From NCBI RefSeq assembly GCF_000011805.1, contig NC_006841.2: a stretch of DNA of 32,000 nt; one strand, 5' to 3'. Under the pieces are notes generated by a model. That model ran no database searches. It had not been told where the DNA came from and was given only the letters and a program-made list of their open reading frames with translations. How positions within the stretch are numbered: the stretch's first letter is position 1; each line of letters opens with the position of its first letter. This stretch comes from Aliivibrio fischeri ES114. Its GTDB lineage: Bacteria; Pseudomonadota; Gammaproteobacteria; Enterobacterales; Vibrionaceae. Below are positions 7,799 to 16,801 of the stretch, in pieces. The translations under genes and the position numbers were made by a program.

Positions 7799-8296
7799 TT
7801 ATTCTGCATTTTTTTCGACATCGACTAAATAATCGCCTTCTAACCAGTTGCGACCAATAAGTAATTTATAGTCGAGCTTACTGCGATCACGTAAGTTAAC
7901 AGCTACTTTCTTTTCTTCACCATTGAATCGTAAATGCATGCGTACTGCGTATCGACGTTCTACACCTTGTGCATTTCGGATTTTGCTTACTTTAATGATT
8001 CGTCCAGTATGTTCTTTTGCAACGTTGTCTTCGTTATAAGTTGTGAACTTAACAGTATCACCAAGATGATCACGCATATCATCACTTTCATCTTCTTGGT
8101 TTATTATTTGGATATTGGTTGCGTGAATTGACGTTGTTGCTGCACCTGTATCGATACGAGCTTCATAATCGGTATTAAGTTCATCAACGTGAATAGTTTC
8201 AATTTGTCCAACAATGGTTTTATTTGAACAGCTCTCATGAGCAAAAACAGAAGATGATAGTAACAATAGACTAATAGATAAAATGATTTTGTTCAT
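7799..8296 (-). CDS. secreted retropepsin-like aspartic peptidase-domain protein (the family often annotated 'ATP-dependent zinc protease', RimB-like)
   Basis: Contains the ARIDTGAATTSIHA motif and a C-terminal LLIGRNWL. The likely start is MNKIILSISLLLLSSSVFA (ATG at 8296 with AAGG upstream), which gives a signal peptide. Confidence 0.7.
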   Translation of the reverse strand: MNKIILSISLLLLSSSVFAHESCSNKTIVGQIETIHVDELNTDYEARIDTGAATTSIHATNIQIINQEDESDDMRDHLGDTVKFTTYNEDNVAKEHTGRIIKVSKIRNAQGVERRYAVRMHLRFNGEEKKVAVNLRDRSKLDYKLLIGRNWLEGDYLVDVEKNAE

Positions 8297-8400
8297 AACA
8301 ACCTTTATGTAAGTAAAAATAAAGTTCAATAAGGGTGAAGTGTAGACGCTTATTTTGGAAAGGAGTTCAGGTTTGTGTAAAAAGTTTGAACAACAAATAT

Positions 8401-8430
8401 AAAAAAGGCGATAACTATCGCTATCGCCTT
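8401..8430 (-). terminator. rho-independent terminator downstream of the TerC gene
   Basis: The minus strand reads AAGGCGATA-gcgatagt-TATCGCCTT followed by TTTTTT. Confidence 0.65.
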
Positions 8431-8441
8431 AAAAGTTTCTT

Positions 8442-9398
8442 TTAATCTTGTATTTCTTGTTGCTGAGAACGGTTTTTATAGATAGAACCGATAATCGCTA
8501 AGGTAATGATTGCAACGATAGTTAATAATGAGATAACCGTTGGAACTTCGTATTTTGTACCAACCAAGAACATTTTTATACCGATAAAGCTCAGTATGAA
8601 TGCCAATGCAGGTTGTAGGTAGCAGAATTTATCAAGCATGCCTTGAAGAACAAAATACAATGAACGTAAACCCAATAGTGCAAACACATTTGCAGCAAAA
8701 ACCAAGAAAGGTTCTTGTGTAATCGCAAAAATTGCAGGAATTGAGTCTAAAGCGAACATAATATCAGTAAACATAATTACAATAACCACTAGTAATAGAG
8801 GTGTTGCAATTGTTTTTCCGCTTACTTTAGCAAACAGTTGATTGCCATGGTATTTGTCATCAAATGGGATGTGCTTTTTAAAGAACATAACTAATTTTGA
8901 TGATGCAAAATCACTGTTTTCTTCTGTATCTGCAAACCACAACTTCACACCAGTAATGATTAGGAATACAGCAAAAATGTATAGGATCCAGTGGTACTGA
9001 GCTAATAATTCTGCGCCAACAAAAATCATTACTGCACGTAAAGCAAGGGCACCAATAATACCCCATAACAGAATACGTGGACGGCTTGATTCAGGGACAG
9101 CAAATTGACTAAAAATTAATGCGAAAACAAACAGGTTATCGACACTTAACATTTTTTCAAGCAAATAGCCGGTAAGGAAAGCAACACTAGCATCGGTGCG
9201 TGTATAACTACTTTCTGGAGCCATTAATGGCCAGTAAAGATAAATGACAGCACAAAAAACAAATGCAAGAGCAAACCAGAATAAAGACCAAACTAATGCT
9301 TTTTTAAGGCTTGGTGTATCTTTTCTTGTTTGAAATAGATCAAGAGCGAACATAGCGAGAACAACGAAACCAAAAAGTTCCCAAGTTAACGGTGACAT
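8442..9398 (-). CDS. alx: TerC-family integral membrane protein (Alx-like)
   Basis: 318 aa and polytopic, with the SVDNLFVFALIF motif typical of TerC. The size matches E. coli Alx and the gene sits behind a yybP-ykoY-type leader. Confidence 0.8.
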   Translation of the reverse strand: MSPLTWELFGFVVLAMFALDLFQTRKDTPSLKKALVWSLFWFALAFVFCAVIYLYWPLMAPESSYTRTDASVAFLTGYLLEKMLSVDNLFVFALIFSQFAVPESSRPRILLWGIIGALALRAVMIFVGAELLAQYHWILYIFAVFLIITGVKLWFADTEENSDFASSKLVMFFKKHIPFDDKYHGNQLFAKVSGKTIATPLLLVVIVIMFTDIMFALDSIPAIFAITQEPFLVFAANVFALLGLRSLYFVLQGMLDKFCYLQPALAFILSFIGIKMFLVGTKYEVPTVISLLTIVAIITLAIIGSIYKNRSQQQEIQD

Positions 9399-9401
9399 AA
9401 G

Positions 9402-9429
9402 TATTCCTTAAATAGAGGCGAAAGGAATA
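9402..9429 (-). promoter_or_regulatory. RBS-sequestering hairpin in the alx-like leader
   Basis: On the minus strand, TATTCCTT (plus 9422..9429) can pair perfectly with AAGGAATA (plus 9402..9409), which contains the AAGGA Shine-Dalgarno 7-11 nt before the ATG. Confidence 0.5.
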
Positions 9430-9487
9430 GGCATGAATAAAGAGCATAGACCTTCCACCACAAACAATAAAAATTAATGTTATGGTT

Positions 9488-9606
9488 TTGGTCTTGTCAA
9501 AGCGATTGGCAACCTTTGCCCACTTACAGATACCGGAAGCCAAAGCTTCGGGATGACGATATCTGAACAAGATTAAGTATTAAATCTTGTGACTACTCCC
9601 CAATGA
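9488..9606 (-). promoter_or_regulatory. yybP-ykoY (Mn2+) riboswitch
   Basis: The minus strand carries both hallmark conserved blocks: GGGGAGTAG (plus 9593..9601) and TTGACAAGACC (plus 9491..9501). Internal hairpins lie between them (ACAAGATT/AATCTTGT and GGCAA/TTGCC). The element sits upstream of a TerC gene, as in E. coli alx. Confidence 0.7.
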
Positions 9607-9786
9607 TCTGGATAGTAATCCCGATCCTTAAATAATTCAAACAAAAAATAGTCGTAGGAAATTTATTTATCGAGAAAATTGATAATAAGCTGAAAGTTAG
9701 GAGGAAATCACAAACTTTTTTTTATGTTTTTAACATTTATGTCGATAATAAAAAAGGTAACTAAATTTAATAAAATATGGTGTCGG

Positions 9787-10956
9787 ATGAATTGGATTCA
9801 AATAGCAGTCGTAGGATTGTTAATTTTACTCGCAATTGTATGTATTAATTTTTTCTTTGCGAATCAAAAACAGAAGAAGATAGAAAAAAGAAAAGAGCTT
9901 GAAGAGAGCTCGTATCGTCGTGCGCTTGCAGAAGCTCGAGCAGCAGAAAGACAAGAGCGGGTATATAAAGCGCAAACCGGTCATATTTCAACTCAACTCT
10001 TTTTAGCTAAAGAAGCAGAAATGAGTAATTTTGAAGAAGCGCTACATTGGTATGAAATGGCAGCCAATTTAAACAACAGTATTGCTATTCGTTCTGTTAT
10101 TCGTTTATGTGATAGTCGTCGTGATAACCCTGAACTAAGAGAGAAATCGACATTTTGGGGGAAAGTGGTAGCGGCTGAAGAAGGTGGGCCTGAGGATAAA
10201 TTAGCGCTTGGTATTGCGTTTTTACAAGGTAAAGGCGTTGAGGCCAATATTGAAAAAGGCATTGCGTTAATAACAGAAGCCGCAGAAGCGAATCATATTC
10301 CAGCGCAATTGTTTATTGCCGATTGGTATGTTGCAGAAGCGAACCCACAACCGAATGCAAAATTAGCAGCTGAATGGAATTTACGAGCAGCGATGCTTGA
10401 TAATGTTGAAGCGCAGATCCGTATCGGTAAGCAATATGCTGAAGGGAGAGGTGTTGCTGTGGATCCGAAGAAAGCAACATATTGGTTAGAAGTTGCAGCT
10501 GAATCTGGTGATGCTAAAGCACAATACTTCGCTGGTGAAATGGGGGCTGATACTAATGAAAAAGGTAATTCAATAGCTTATATCTGGTTATGGTTAGCTG
10601 CTAAAAATGGCATTGAAGCCGCAGTTTCTCGACGAGATCATGTCGGGCATTTAGTCGGCGTTGATGCGGTAATTGGATTGCAAAGTATGGCAAAACCACT
10701 TTATGAAAAGATGAGTAAAGGTAAGCTTAAAAAGCACGCAATCATTAAATCTTTGGATAAGCTGTATCAACGAGAAAGTTATTTTCCTGATGAGAATGAA
10801 TTTATGGTTGGAGAAGAGTCAAATACTTCAGCGACTGAAAATGAGATTACAGCAGACAATGCAGAAAATGTAGTTTCAGTAACAGAAACAAAAGAAGAAA
10901 TAAAAGAGCCAATGAATTTTAGCCAAACTAAAATGGATAGCGGGGCTAAGTTTTAA
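9787..10956 (+). CDS. membrane-anchored Sel1-repeat (TPR-like) protein
   Basis: N-terminal TM helix (IAVVGLLILLAIVCINFFF), a charged coiled segment, then repeats of the form GxGVxxDxxKAxxWLxxAAxxGDAKAQ. The ATG at 9787 is preferred over 9724. Confidence 0.75.
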   Translation: MNWIQIAVVGLLILLAIVCINFFFANQKQKKIEKRKELEESSYRRALAEARAAERQERVYKAQTGHISTQLFLAKEAEMSNFEEALHWYEMAANLNNSIAIRSVIRLCDSRRDNPELREKSTFWGKVVAAEEGGPEDKLALGIAFLQGKGVEANIEKGIALITEAAEANHIPAQLFIADWYVAEANPQPNAKLAAEWNLRAAMLDNVEAQIRIGKQYAEGRGVAVDPKKATYWLEVAAESGDAKAQYFAGEMGADTNEKGNSIAYIWLWLAAKNGIEAAVSRRDHVGHLVGVDAVIGLQSMAKPLYEKMSKGKLKKHAIIKSLDKLYQRESYFPDENEFMVGEESNTSATENEITADNAENVVSVTETKEEIKEPMNFSQTKMDSGAKF

Positions 10957-10968
10957 TTCTCCATGTGT

Positions 10969-10997
10969 AAAAGGAGCGCCAAGTGCGCTCCTTTTTT
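10969..10997. terminator. bidirectional rho-independent terminator
   Basis: AAGGAGCGC-caagt-GCGCTCCTT followed by TTTT, between convergent genes. Confidence 0.7.
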
Positions 10998-11016
10998 ATA
11001 TGTTTAATAAAGAGAG

Positions 11017-11910
11017 TTAATCATTCATTTCAAATAAAATAGGGCAATGATCACTCAGTTGATATTTTTTGACGTCGCTTTCTATAAATTGTTGCTGAGT
11101 GACTTGGAAAGAACGATTCGAGATATTTGTAATGCCGTGATCGATCAAACGAGTGAATGTCGTGTACTTAGGCCAGTCTCGTTTCCATTGTTTAACTGTG
11201 CAGCGTGCTTTTGTATCTTCAGTTAGTAATAATGGTGTATCAGAAGTATTGTTCTTTATATTCTTCCATAACCAACTTCTCGGATGCGCAAGAGTATGAT
11301 TGAAATCACCTAAAATTAGATACTCTTCATTATTGGCTTCACGAGAGTTAATCCACTCTATTACCTCATCGGTTTGTTGTTTTAACGTCGAACATGAATA
11401 GTTTTTCTTCTTTTGTCCTAAACATCCGGATTTTAGATGCACAGATAAAAGGTGCACAGGGCGTGATGGTTTGCCTATATCAGCCACAATATAGGTAGCG
11501 TAGCGCAACTTGCTGGTTTTTTTCTTTGGTAATAATGAAAAATCATTAGGATCTATAACAGGAATTGACTGATGAACGGCGAAACCTGTGTACTGATTTA
11601 TGTCAGTAAATTGAAGTTTCGAGTTCAAAGAGCGATCAGAGATAAAGATTTTATAATCATTTCCCACTATTTTTTGGATTGCTTCTTTTGAATCGACTTC
11701 TTGAAAAGCTAAAATTTTGCTATTTGATTGCGAAAAATAAAAATTTAGTTGTTCAAAATCTTGTTGACTTCGATCTGATGAGCGAAATTTTTCAGAAGGC
11801 GAAAGCGTTAACCATTCCATATTCCATGTCGATAATGTGATCGCATAGCTTGAAAATGTACTAAAAGTAAGCATTAAAAAAATCAGTGTTCGAGTAATTC
11901 GTTGATTCAT
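11017..11910 (-). CDS. secreted endonuclease/exonuclease/phosphatase (EEP) family protein
   Basis: Motifs LSTWNMEWL, AFQEVD, GDFN and SDHCP. A signal peptide follows the ATG at 11910, which has GGAGG 5 nt upstream, so the ORF-track start at 11988 is too early. Confidence 0.75.
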   Translation of the reverse strand: MNQRITRTLIFLMLTFSTFSSYAITLSTWNMEWLTLSPSEKFRSSDRSQQDFEQLNFYFSQSNSKILAFQEVDSKEAIQKIVGNDYKIFISDRSLNSKLQFTDINQYTGFAVHQSIPVIDPNDFSLLPKKKTSKLRYATYIVADIGKPSRPVHLLSVHLKSGCLGQKKKNYSCSTLKQQTDEVIEWINSREANNEEYLILGDFNHTLAHPRSWLWKNIKNNTSDTPLLLTEDTKARCTVKQWKRDWPKYTTFTRLIDHGITNISNRSFQVTQQQFIESDVKKYQLSDHCPILFEMND

Positions 11911-12050
11911 AAGTCCTCCAGAAATCGCAAGCAGTTTAATTAAAAATTTACCACTTAGCACACAAAAAAATGTTTCATTTTCATACATTGCAACGAAAGT
12001 GAGAACAATCTTAAAGCAGTGGTGAAAGTAGAATCACCCATAAAATTAGA

Positions 12051-12064
12051 TTGATCTAGATCAA
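12051..12064. promoter_or_regulatory. FNR box upstream of nrdD
   Basis: TTGATctagATCAA is a perfect match to the FNR consensus TTGAT-N4-ATCAA, centred about 94 nt before the nrdD start. Confidence 0.7.
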
Positions 12065-12092
12065 AGTATTTTGTTCTCAGATCGAGCCTAAT

Positions 12093-12140
12093 ACCCCACA
12101 TCTTGTGTTGCCTAGTTCAACACCCCCACTATTTAGTATT
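12093..12140. promoter_or_regulatory. candidate pair of NrdR boxes
   Basis: CACATCTTGTGT (about 12097..12108) and CACTATTTAGTA (12127..12138) are imperfect palindromes of the CAC..AT-rich..GTG type. Their centres are about 31 bp apart, the spacing expected for NrdR box pairs. Confidence 0.4.
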
Positions 12141-12150
12141 TGGAGTCACT

Positions 12151-14271
12151 GTGAATATAACTGTAATCAAGCGAGATGGAAGTCGCGCAGCATATAAAAG
12201 TTCTCGTATAATTGACGCTGTAAAAGGTGCTTCAGAGCAGGTGACTCCTGAGATAGAGAGTTACGCTAAATTAGTTGCTCATGCTGTTGAGATTGCATTA
12301 CAGGGACAACAAGAAGTGGGCATTCGCCAGATCCAAGAGCTGGTTGAAAACGAATTAATGCAAGGACCACATAAAGTACTTGCTCGTGCTTATATTGAAT
12401 ATCGTCATGATAGAGATATTGCTCGTGAAAAAATCAGCGTACTAAATAAGGAAATTAGTGGTCTGATTGAACAAAGCAATGCTGAGCTACTGAATGAAAA
12501 CGCGAATAAAGACGGTAAAGTGATTCCAACTCAACGTGATTTATTAGCGGGTATTGTGGCTAAGCACTACGCAACTCGTCATATTTTACCTCGTGATATT
12601 GTACAAGCACACGAGCGTGGTGAGATTCATTACCACGATTTAGATTATGCACCATTTTTCCCAATGTTTAACTGTATGCTGATTGATTTAAAAGGCATGT
12701 TAACGGGTGGCTTTAAAATGGGTAATGCAGAAATTGATACACCAAAATCAATTGCAACTGCAACTGCGGTAACAGCACAAATTATTGCACAAGTAGCAAG
12801 TCATATTTATGGCGGAACTACGATTAACCGTATTGATGAAATTTTAGCGCCTTACGTAACTGTGAGTTACGAAAAAGCGTTAAAACTTGCTGAAAAGTGG
12901 GGCATTCCTGATGCTGAAGCTTTTGCTCAAGCTCAAACAGAAAAAGAGTGTTATGACGCATTCCAATCGCTTGAATACGAAGTAAACACATTACATACAG
13001 CAAATGGACAAACACCATTTGTAACATTTGGTTTTGGTTTAGGTACGAGCTGGGAATCTAAACTGATCCAGCGCTCTATTTTAGAAAACCGTATTGCTGG
13101 CTTAGGTAAAAACCGTAAAACAGCGGTATTCCCTAAATTAGTATTTGCGATTCGTGATGGACTAAACCATAAAAAAGCAGATCCAAACTACGATATTAAA
13201 CAATTAGCATTAGAATGTGCGTCAAAACGCATGTACCCAGATATCCTTAACTATGACAAAGTAGTTGAAGTGACGGGTTCATTTAAAACGCCAATGGGCT
13301 GTCGTAGCTTCCTAGATTTATATGAAGAGAACGGTGAGCAAATTCACGATGGTCGTAATAACCTAGGTGTTGTTAGCTTAAACCTACCTCGTGTTGCGAT
13401 TGAAGCAAAAGGTGATGTAGATACATTCTATAAACTGCTTGATGAGCGTTTAGTGCTATGTCGTCGTGCGCTAGAATCACGTATTTCTCGTTTAGAAGGT
13501 GTTAAAGCTCGTGTTGCTCCAATTCTTTATATGGAAGGGGCGTGTGGTGTTCGTCTAAAACCAGATGATGACATCATTAATATCTTTAAAAATGGTCGAG
13601 CATCTGTATCGCTTGGTTACATTGGCGTGCATGAAACAATTGAAGCACTATTTGGTAGTGATGATCATCTATATGACAATGCAGAGCTTCAAGTTAAAGC
13701 ATTAGAGATTATTCAGTACCTAAAAGATGCAGTTCAAGTATGGACAAAAGAAACTGGCTTTGGCTTTAGCTTGTATGGTACTCCAAGTGAAAACTTATGT
13801 TCTCGTTTCTGTAAGCTTGATAACACACAATTTGGTGTGATTGATAAAGTGACAGATAAAGGCTACTACACAAACAGTTTCCACTTAGATGTACAGAAGA
13901 AAGTGAATCCTTACGATAAGATTGACTTTGAAATGCCATACCCAGAAATCTCAAGTGGTGGCTTCATTTGTTATGGTGAATTCCCTAACATGCAACGTAA
14001 CATTGAAGCATTAGAAAACGTATGGGATTACAGCTATACGCGTGTTCCTTATTACGGCACAAATACACCGATCGATGAGTGCTACGAATGTGGTTATAAC
14101 GGTGAATTTGAATGTACAAGTAAAGGCTTCACTTGTCCTAAATGTGGCAATCATGATTCAACGAAAGTATCAGTAACACGTCGTGTGTGTGGTTATTTAG
14201 GTAGCCCTGATGCACGTCCATTTAACTTCGGTAAACAAGAAGAAGTTCAACGTCGAGTGAAACATTTATAA
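12151..14271 (+). CDS. nrdD: anaerobic ribonucleoside-triphosphate reductase (class III RNR)
   Basis: ATP-cone N-terminus (VIKRDGSRAAYKSSRI aligns with the E. coli VMKRDGCKVPFKSERI), a C-terminal Zn ribbon (CYECG...CPKCG) and the glycyl-radical motif RRVCGYLG. The GTG at 12151 with GGAG upstream is preferred to the TTG at 12103. Confidence 0.95.
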   Translation: MNITVIKRDGSRAAYKSSRIIDAVKGASEQVTPEIESYAKLVAHAVEIALQGQQEVGIRQIQELVENELMQGPHKVLARAYIEYRHDRDIAREKISVLNKEISGLIEQSNAELLNENANKDGKVIPTQRDLLAGIVAKHYATRHILPRDIVQAHERGEIHYHDLDYAPFFPMFNCMLIDLKGMLTGGFKMGNAEIDTPKSIATATAVTAQIIAQVASHIYGGTTINRIDEILAPYVTVSYEKALKLAEKWGIPDAEAFAQAQTEKECYDAFQSLEYEVNTLHTANGQTPFVTFGFGLGTSWESKLIQRSILENRIAGLGKNRKTAVFPKLVFAIRDGLNHKKADPNYDIKQLALECASKRMYPDILNYDKVVEVTGSFKTPMGCRSFLDLYEENGEQIHDGRNNLGVVSLNLPRVAIEAKGDVDTFYKLLDERLVLCRRALESRISRLEGVKARVAPILYMEGACGVRLKPDDDIINIFKNGRASVSLGYIGVHETIEALFGSDDHLYDNAELQVKALEIIQYLKDAVQVWTKETGFGFSLYGTPSENLCSRFCKLDNTQFGVIDKVTDKGYYTNSFHLDVQKKVNPYDKIDFEMPYPEISSGGFICYGEFPNMQRNIEALENVWDYSYTRVPYYGTNTPIDECYECGYNGEFECTSKGFTCPKCGNHDSTKVSVTRRVCGYLGSPDARPFNFGKQEEVQRRVKHL

Positions 14272-14741
14272 TGAACTATCACGTATATCATTCAATTGAT
14301 GTGGTTAATGGACCGGGTACGCGTTGTACCCTGTTCGTTTCAGGTTGTGAGCATAACTGTAAAGGTTGCTATAACAAATCCACACTTAATCCAAATTCAG
14401 GACATCTTTTTACTAAAGAGCTAGAAGATAAGATTATTGCTGATTTGAATGATACACGTATTCCACGTAGAGGATTGTCATTGTCTGGTGGTGATCCTCT
14501 TCATCCAATGAACTGTGAATCTGTTCTTAAGTTAGTAAAACGTGTTAAATCTGAATGTGAAAATAAAGATATTTGGATGTGGACGGGCTACACCCTAAGT
14601 GAGCTAAATCCAACACAAAAAGAGATCGTAGATTTAATTGACACCTTGATTGACGGTCGTTTTGAACAAGACAAAGCGGATCCATCATTGGATTGGCGTG
14701 GTAGTAGCAATCAGATTATTCATACATTCAATGTATTGTAA
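14271..14741 (+). CDS. nrdG: anaerobic RNR activating protein (radical SAM)
   Basis: CX3CX2C motif (CEHNCKGC), 156 aa. The start overlaps the nrdD stop (TAATG). Confidence 0.93.
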   Translation: MNYHVYHSIDVVNGPGTRCTLFVSGCEHNCKGCYNKSTLNPNSGHLFTKELEDKIIADLNDTRIPRRGLSLSGGDPLHPMNCESVLKLVKRVKSECENKDIWMWTGYTLSELNPTQKEIVDLIDTLIDGRFEQDKADPSLDWRGSSNQIIHTFNVL

Positions 14742-14831
14742 GAAAATTGTAAAAATCTAAACAATAAAACGTGATATTTTCCTATCTGAATGGTAACTTA
14801 AATACATTACAGATCATAAGGATATGAAAAT

Positions 14832-16019
14832 ATGCTGCAAAACATAGCAACTCCTGCTAAAGATCCCATTCTTTCTCTTTCTATCGAATACCGAGCTGAT
14901 GATCGTGATAATAAAGTCGATCTCGGCATCGGTGTTTATCGTAACGATCAAGGTTTAACACCAATCATGAAAGCCGTAAGCGATTCGGTTAAATCTATTG
15001 CAGCAGAGCAAACCACAAAAGCTTATGTTGGTCTTGCTGGTTGTGAAGTTTTTAATCAAAGCATGGTTGATTTATTGTTACGTGATACCTCAGCTTATGA
15101 GCGTGTATCTGCGATTCAAACTCCTGGAGCGAGTGGTGCTTTACGCATGCTTGCTGATTTAATTAAATCAACAGAGCCAGGTGCAACTGTTTGGATAAGT
15201 AACCCAAGTTATGTTAACCATCAGCCTGTAATGGAAGCTGCTGGCCTTAACGTTCGTCATTACACATATTTCAATCCTCTGACAAAACAAGTGGATAGCG
15301 AAGCTATGCTTGCTGACTTAGCAAACGCTGGTCCTAAAGACATTATTTTACTGCACGGTTGTTGCCATAATCCGACTGGCGCAGATATTCGTCTTTCTGA
15401 TTGGATAGCTATAACAGAGTTAGCATTAAAAAATGGCTTTATTCCTTTTGTCGATATTGCATACCAAGGATTTGGTGATGGACTAGAAGCTGATGCTGCT
15501 GGTTTACGGTTTATGGCAGACCGTGTACCTCAAATGTTTATAGCAACATCATGCTCGAAAAATTTTGGTTTGTATCGTGAACGAACAGGTGCGGCGATGG
15601 TGATCGCTGGCAATATTGAGATAGCAATGAATGCTAAAGCGAAACTGCTGCAAATGGCTCGTGCGACTTATACTATGCCGCCAGATCATGGTGCTGCGAT
15701 TGTTGGTCGAATTTTAAATGATGAGCAATTAACGTTATCGTGGCGCACTGAATTGGATGAGATGCAAAAACGCTTAGTTGGTTTACGAACTAACTTATGT
15801 GAAGCACTACGTAATGAAACGCAATCAGAGACATTTGATTTTATTGAACAGCATAAAGGTATGTTCTCAGTAATTGGTTTTACGCCAGAGCAGATGGCAT
15901 CTTTAAAATCAGAACATGGTATTTACGCTGTGGGTGATGGTCGAATCAATATTGCAGGAATGCAAGAAAAGCACATTGAGTATATTGCTAAATCTGTTGC
16001 CTCTGTTGCAAATAAGTAA
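14832..16019 (+). CDS. class I PLP-dependent aspartate/aromatic amino acid aminotransferase (AspC/TyrB family)
   Basis: N-terminal DPILSL...KVDLGIGVYRNDQG, the CCHNPTG motif, and the PLP-lysine motif SCSKNFGLYRERTG. 395 aa. Confidence 0.9.
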   Translation: MLQNIATPAKDPILSLSIEYRADDRDNKVDLGIGVYRNDQGLTPIMKAVSDSVKSIAAEQTTKAYVGLAGCEVFNQSMVDLLLRDTSAYERVSAIQTPGASGALRMLADLIKSTEPGATVWISNPSYVNHQPVMEAAGLNVRHYTYFNPLTKQVDSEAMLADLANAGPKDIILLHGCCHNPTGADIRLSDWIAITELALKNGFIPFVDIAYQGFGDGLEADAAGLRFMADRVPQMFIATSCSKNFGLYRERTGAAMVIAGNIEIAMNAKAKLLQMARATYTMPPDHGAAIVGRILNDEQLTLSWRTELDEMQKRLVGLRTNLCEALRNETQSETFDFIEQHKGMFSVIGFTPEQMASLKSEHGIYAVGDGRINIAGMQEKHIEYIAKSVASVANK

Positions 16020-16083
16020 CAGACAAAATAAAGATCTTAACTATACTAATGAAATATAACAGATAAACCGTAAAGGAAAACGA

Positions 16084-16725
16084 ATGAAGATAGCAAAAAA
16101 ATGGTCAACGTTACTTTTACCAATACTGCTTGCTGGTTGTATGTCAACAGCGACAACAACGCCAGAAACTGATGGCGCAACGAATCCATCAGTAGAAGAA
16201 CCATCCACTAAGCCTGATGTAAAACCAGAGCAAAAACCACAAGTAGATCCAAAACCACCTGTAAAACCTGAAGCAAATGAATTAAAAACAGCGGATGGAA
16301 AACTGTTATTGGGTGAAGAAGAGTGGATTTACATTAAAGCCATCAATCATAGCGCTAAAGCTCGTATTGATACGGGAGCGACGACATCTTCTATTTCTGC
16401 TGTAGATATTGAAATGTTTGAGCGTGATGGTAAAAAGTGGGTTAAGTTTAAGTTGGCTCATAATGATAAAGAAACCAAAGAGTTTGAGTCACCTATATCA
16501 CGTATTGTTACGATTCGACAATCAAGTACAGAAAAACGTACCGATCGTCCTGTGATTGAAGCTTGGGTTCAAATTGGTGATTTGAAAACTAAAACTGAAT
16601 TCACTCTGAATGATCGCACACACATGACATTCCCTGTGTTACTTGGCCGTACTTTCTTCCGAGATGTTGCCGTTGTTGATGTAAGTAAGAAGTATATTCA
16701 ACCAAAAGTAAAAGCTGAAAAATAA
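16084..16725 (+). CDS. lipoprotein with Pro/Lys-rich linker and retropepsin-like aspartic peptidase domain (paralog of 7799..8296)
   Basis: Lipobox LLAGC, linker KPDVKPEQKPQVDPKPPVKPE, then ARIDTGATTSSISA and VLLGRTFF. Confidence 0.7.
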   Translation: MKIAKKWSTLLLPILLAGCMSTATTTPETDGATNPSVEEPSTKPDVKPEQKPQVDPKPPVKPEANELKTADGKLLLGEEEWIYIKAINHSAKARIDTGATTSSISAVDIEMFERDGKKWVKFKLAHNDKETKEFESPISRIVTIRQSSTEKRTDRPVIEAWVQIGDLKTKTEFTLNDRTHMTFPVLLGRTFFRDVAVVDVSKKYIQPKVKAEK

Positions 16726-16752
16726 CGCATTTTTTATTGTAGGTTTATGAAT

Positions 16753-16785
16753 AAAAACGCCCAATATAGATTGGGCGTTTTTTTG
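16753..16785. terminator. bidirectional rho-independent terminator
   Basis: AAAAACGCCCAAT-atag-ATTGGGCGTTTTTTT between convergent genes. Confidence 0.7.
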
Positions 16786-16801
16786 TTTAGTCACAGTGAA
16801 A

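Noticed and set aside
7200-7800. tRNA array as an integration hotspot or genomic-island boundary
   Set aside because: There is no integrase, no direct repeat of a tRNA 3' end flanking foreign DNA, and no compositional shift that I could see. The flanking genes look like ordinary chromosomal genes.
9340-9570. 76-aa minus-strand ORF upstream of the TerC gene
   Set aside because: It lies entirely within the riboswitch and leader RNA and overlaps the TerC start. It is better explained as non-coding leader.
12103-12150. ORF-track TTG start for nrdD at 12103
   Set aside because: The extension (MCCLVQHPHYLVFGVT) has no counterpart in NrdD proteins and overlaps the putative NrdR boxes. The GTG at 12151 has a GGAG RBS and aligns with the E. 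coli N-terminus.
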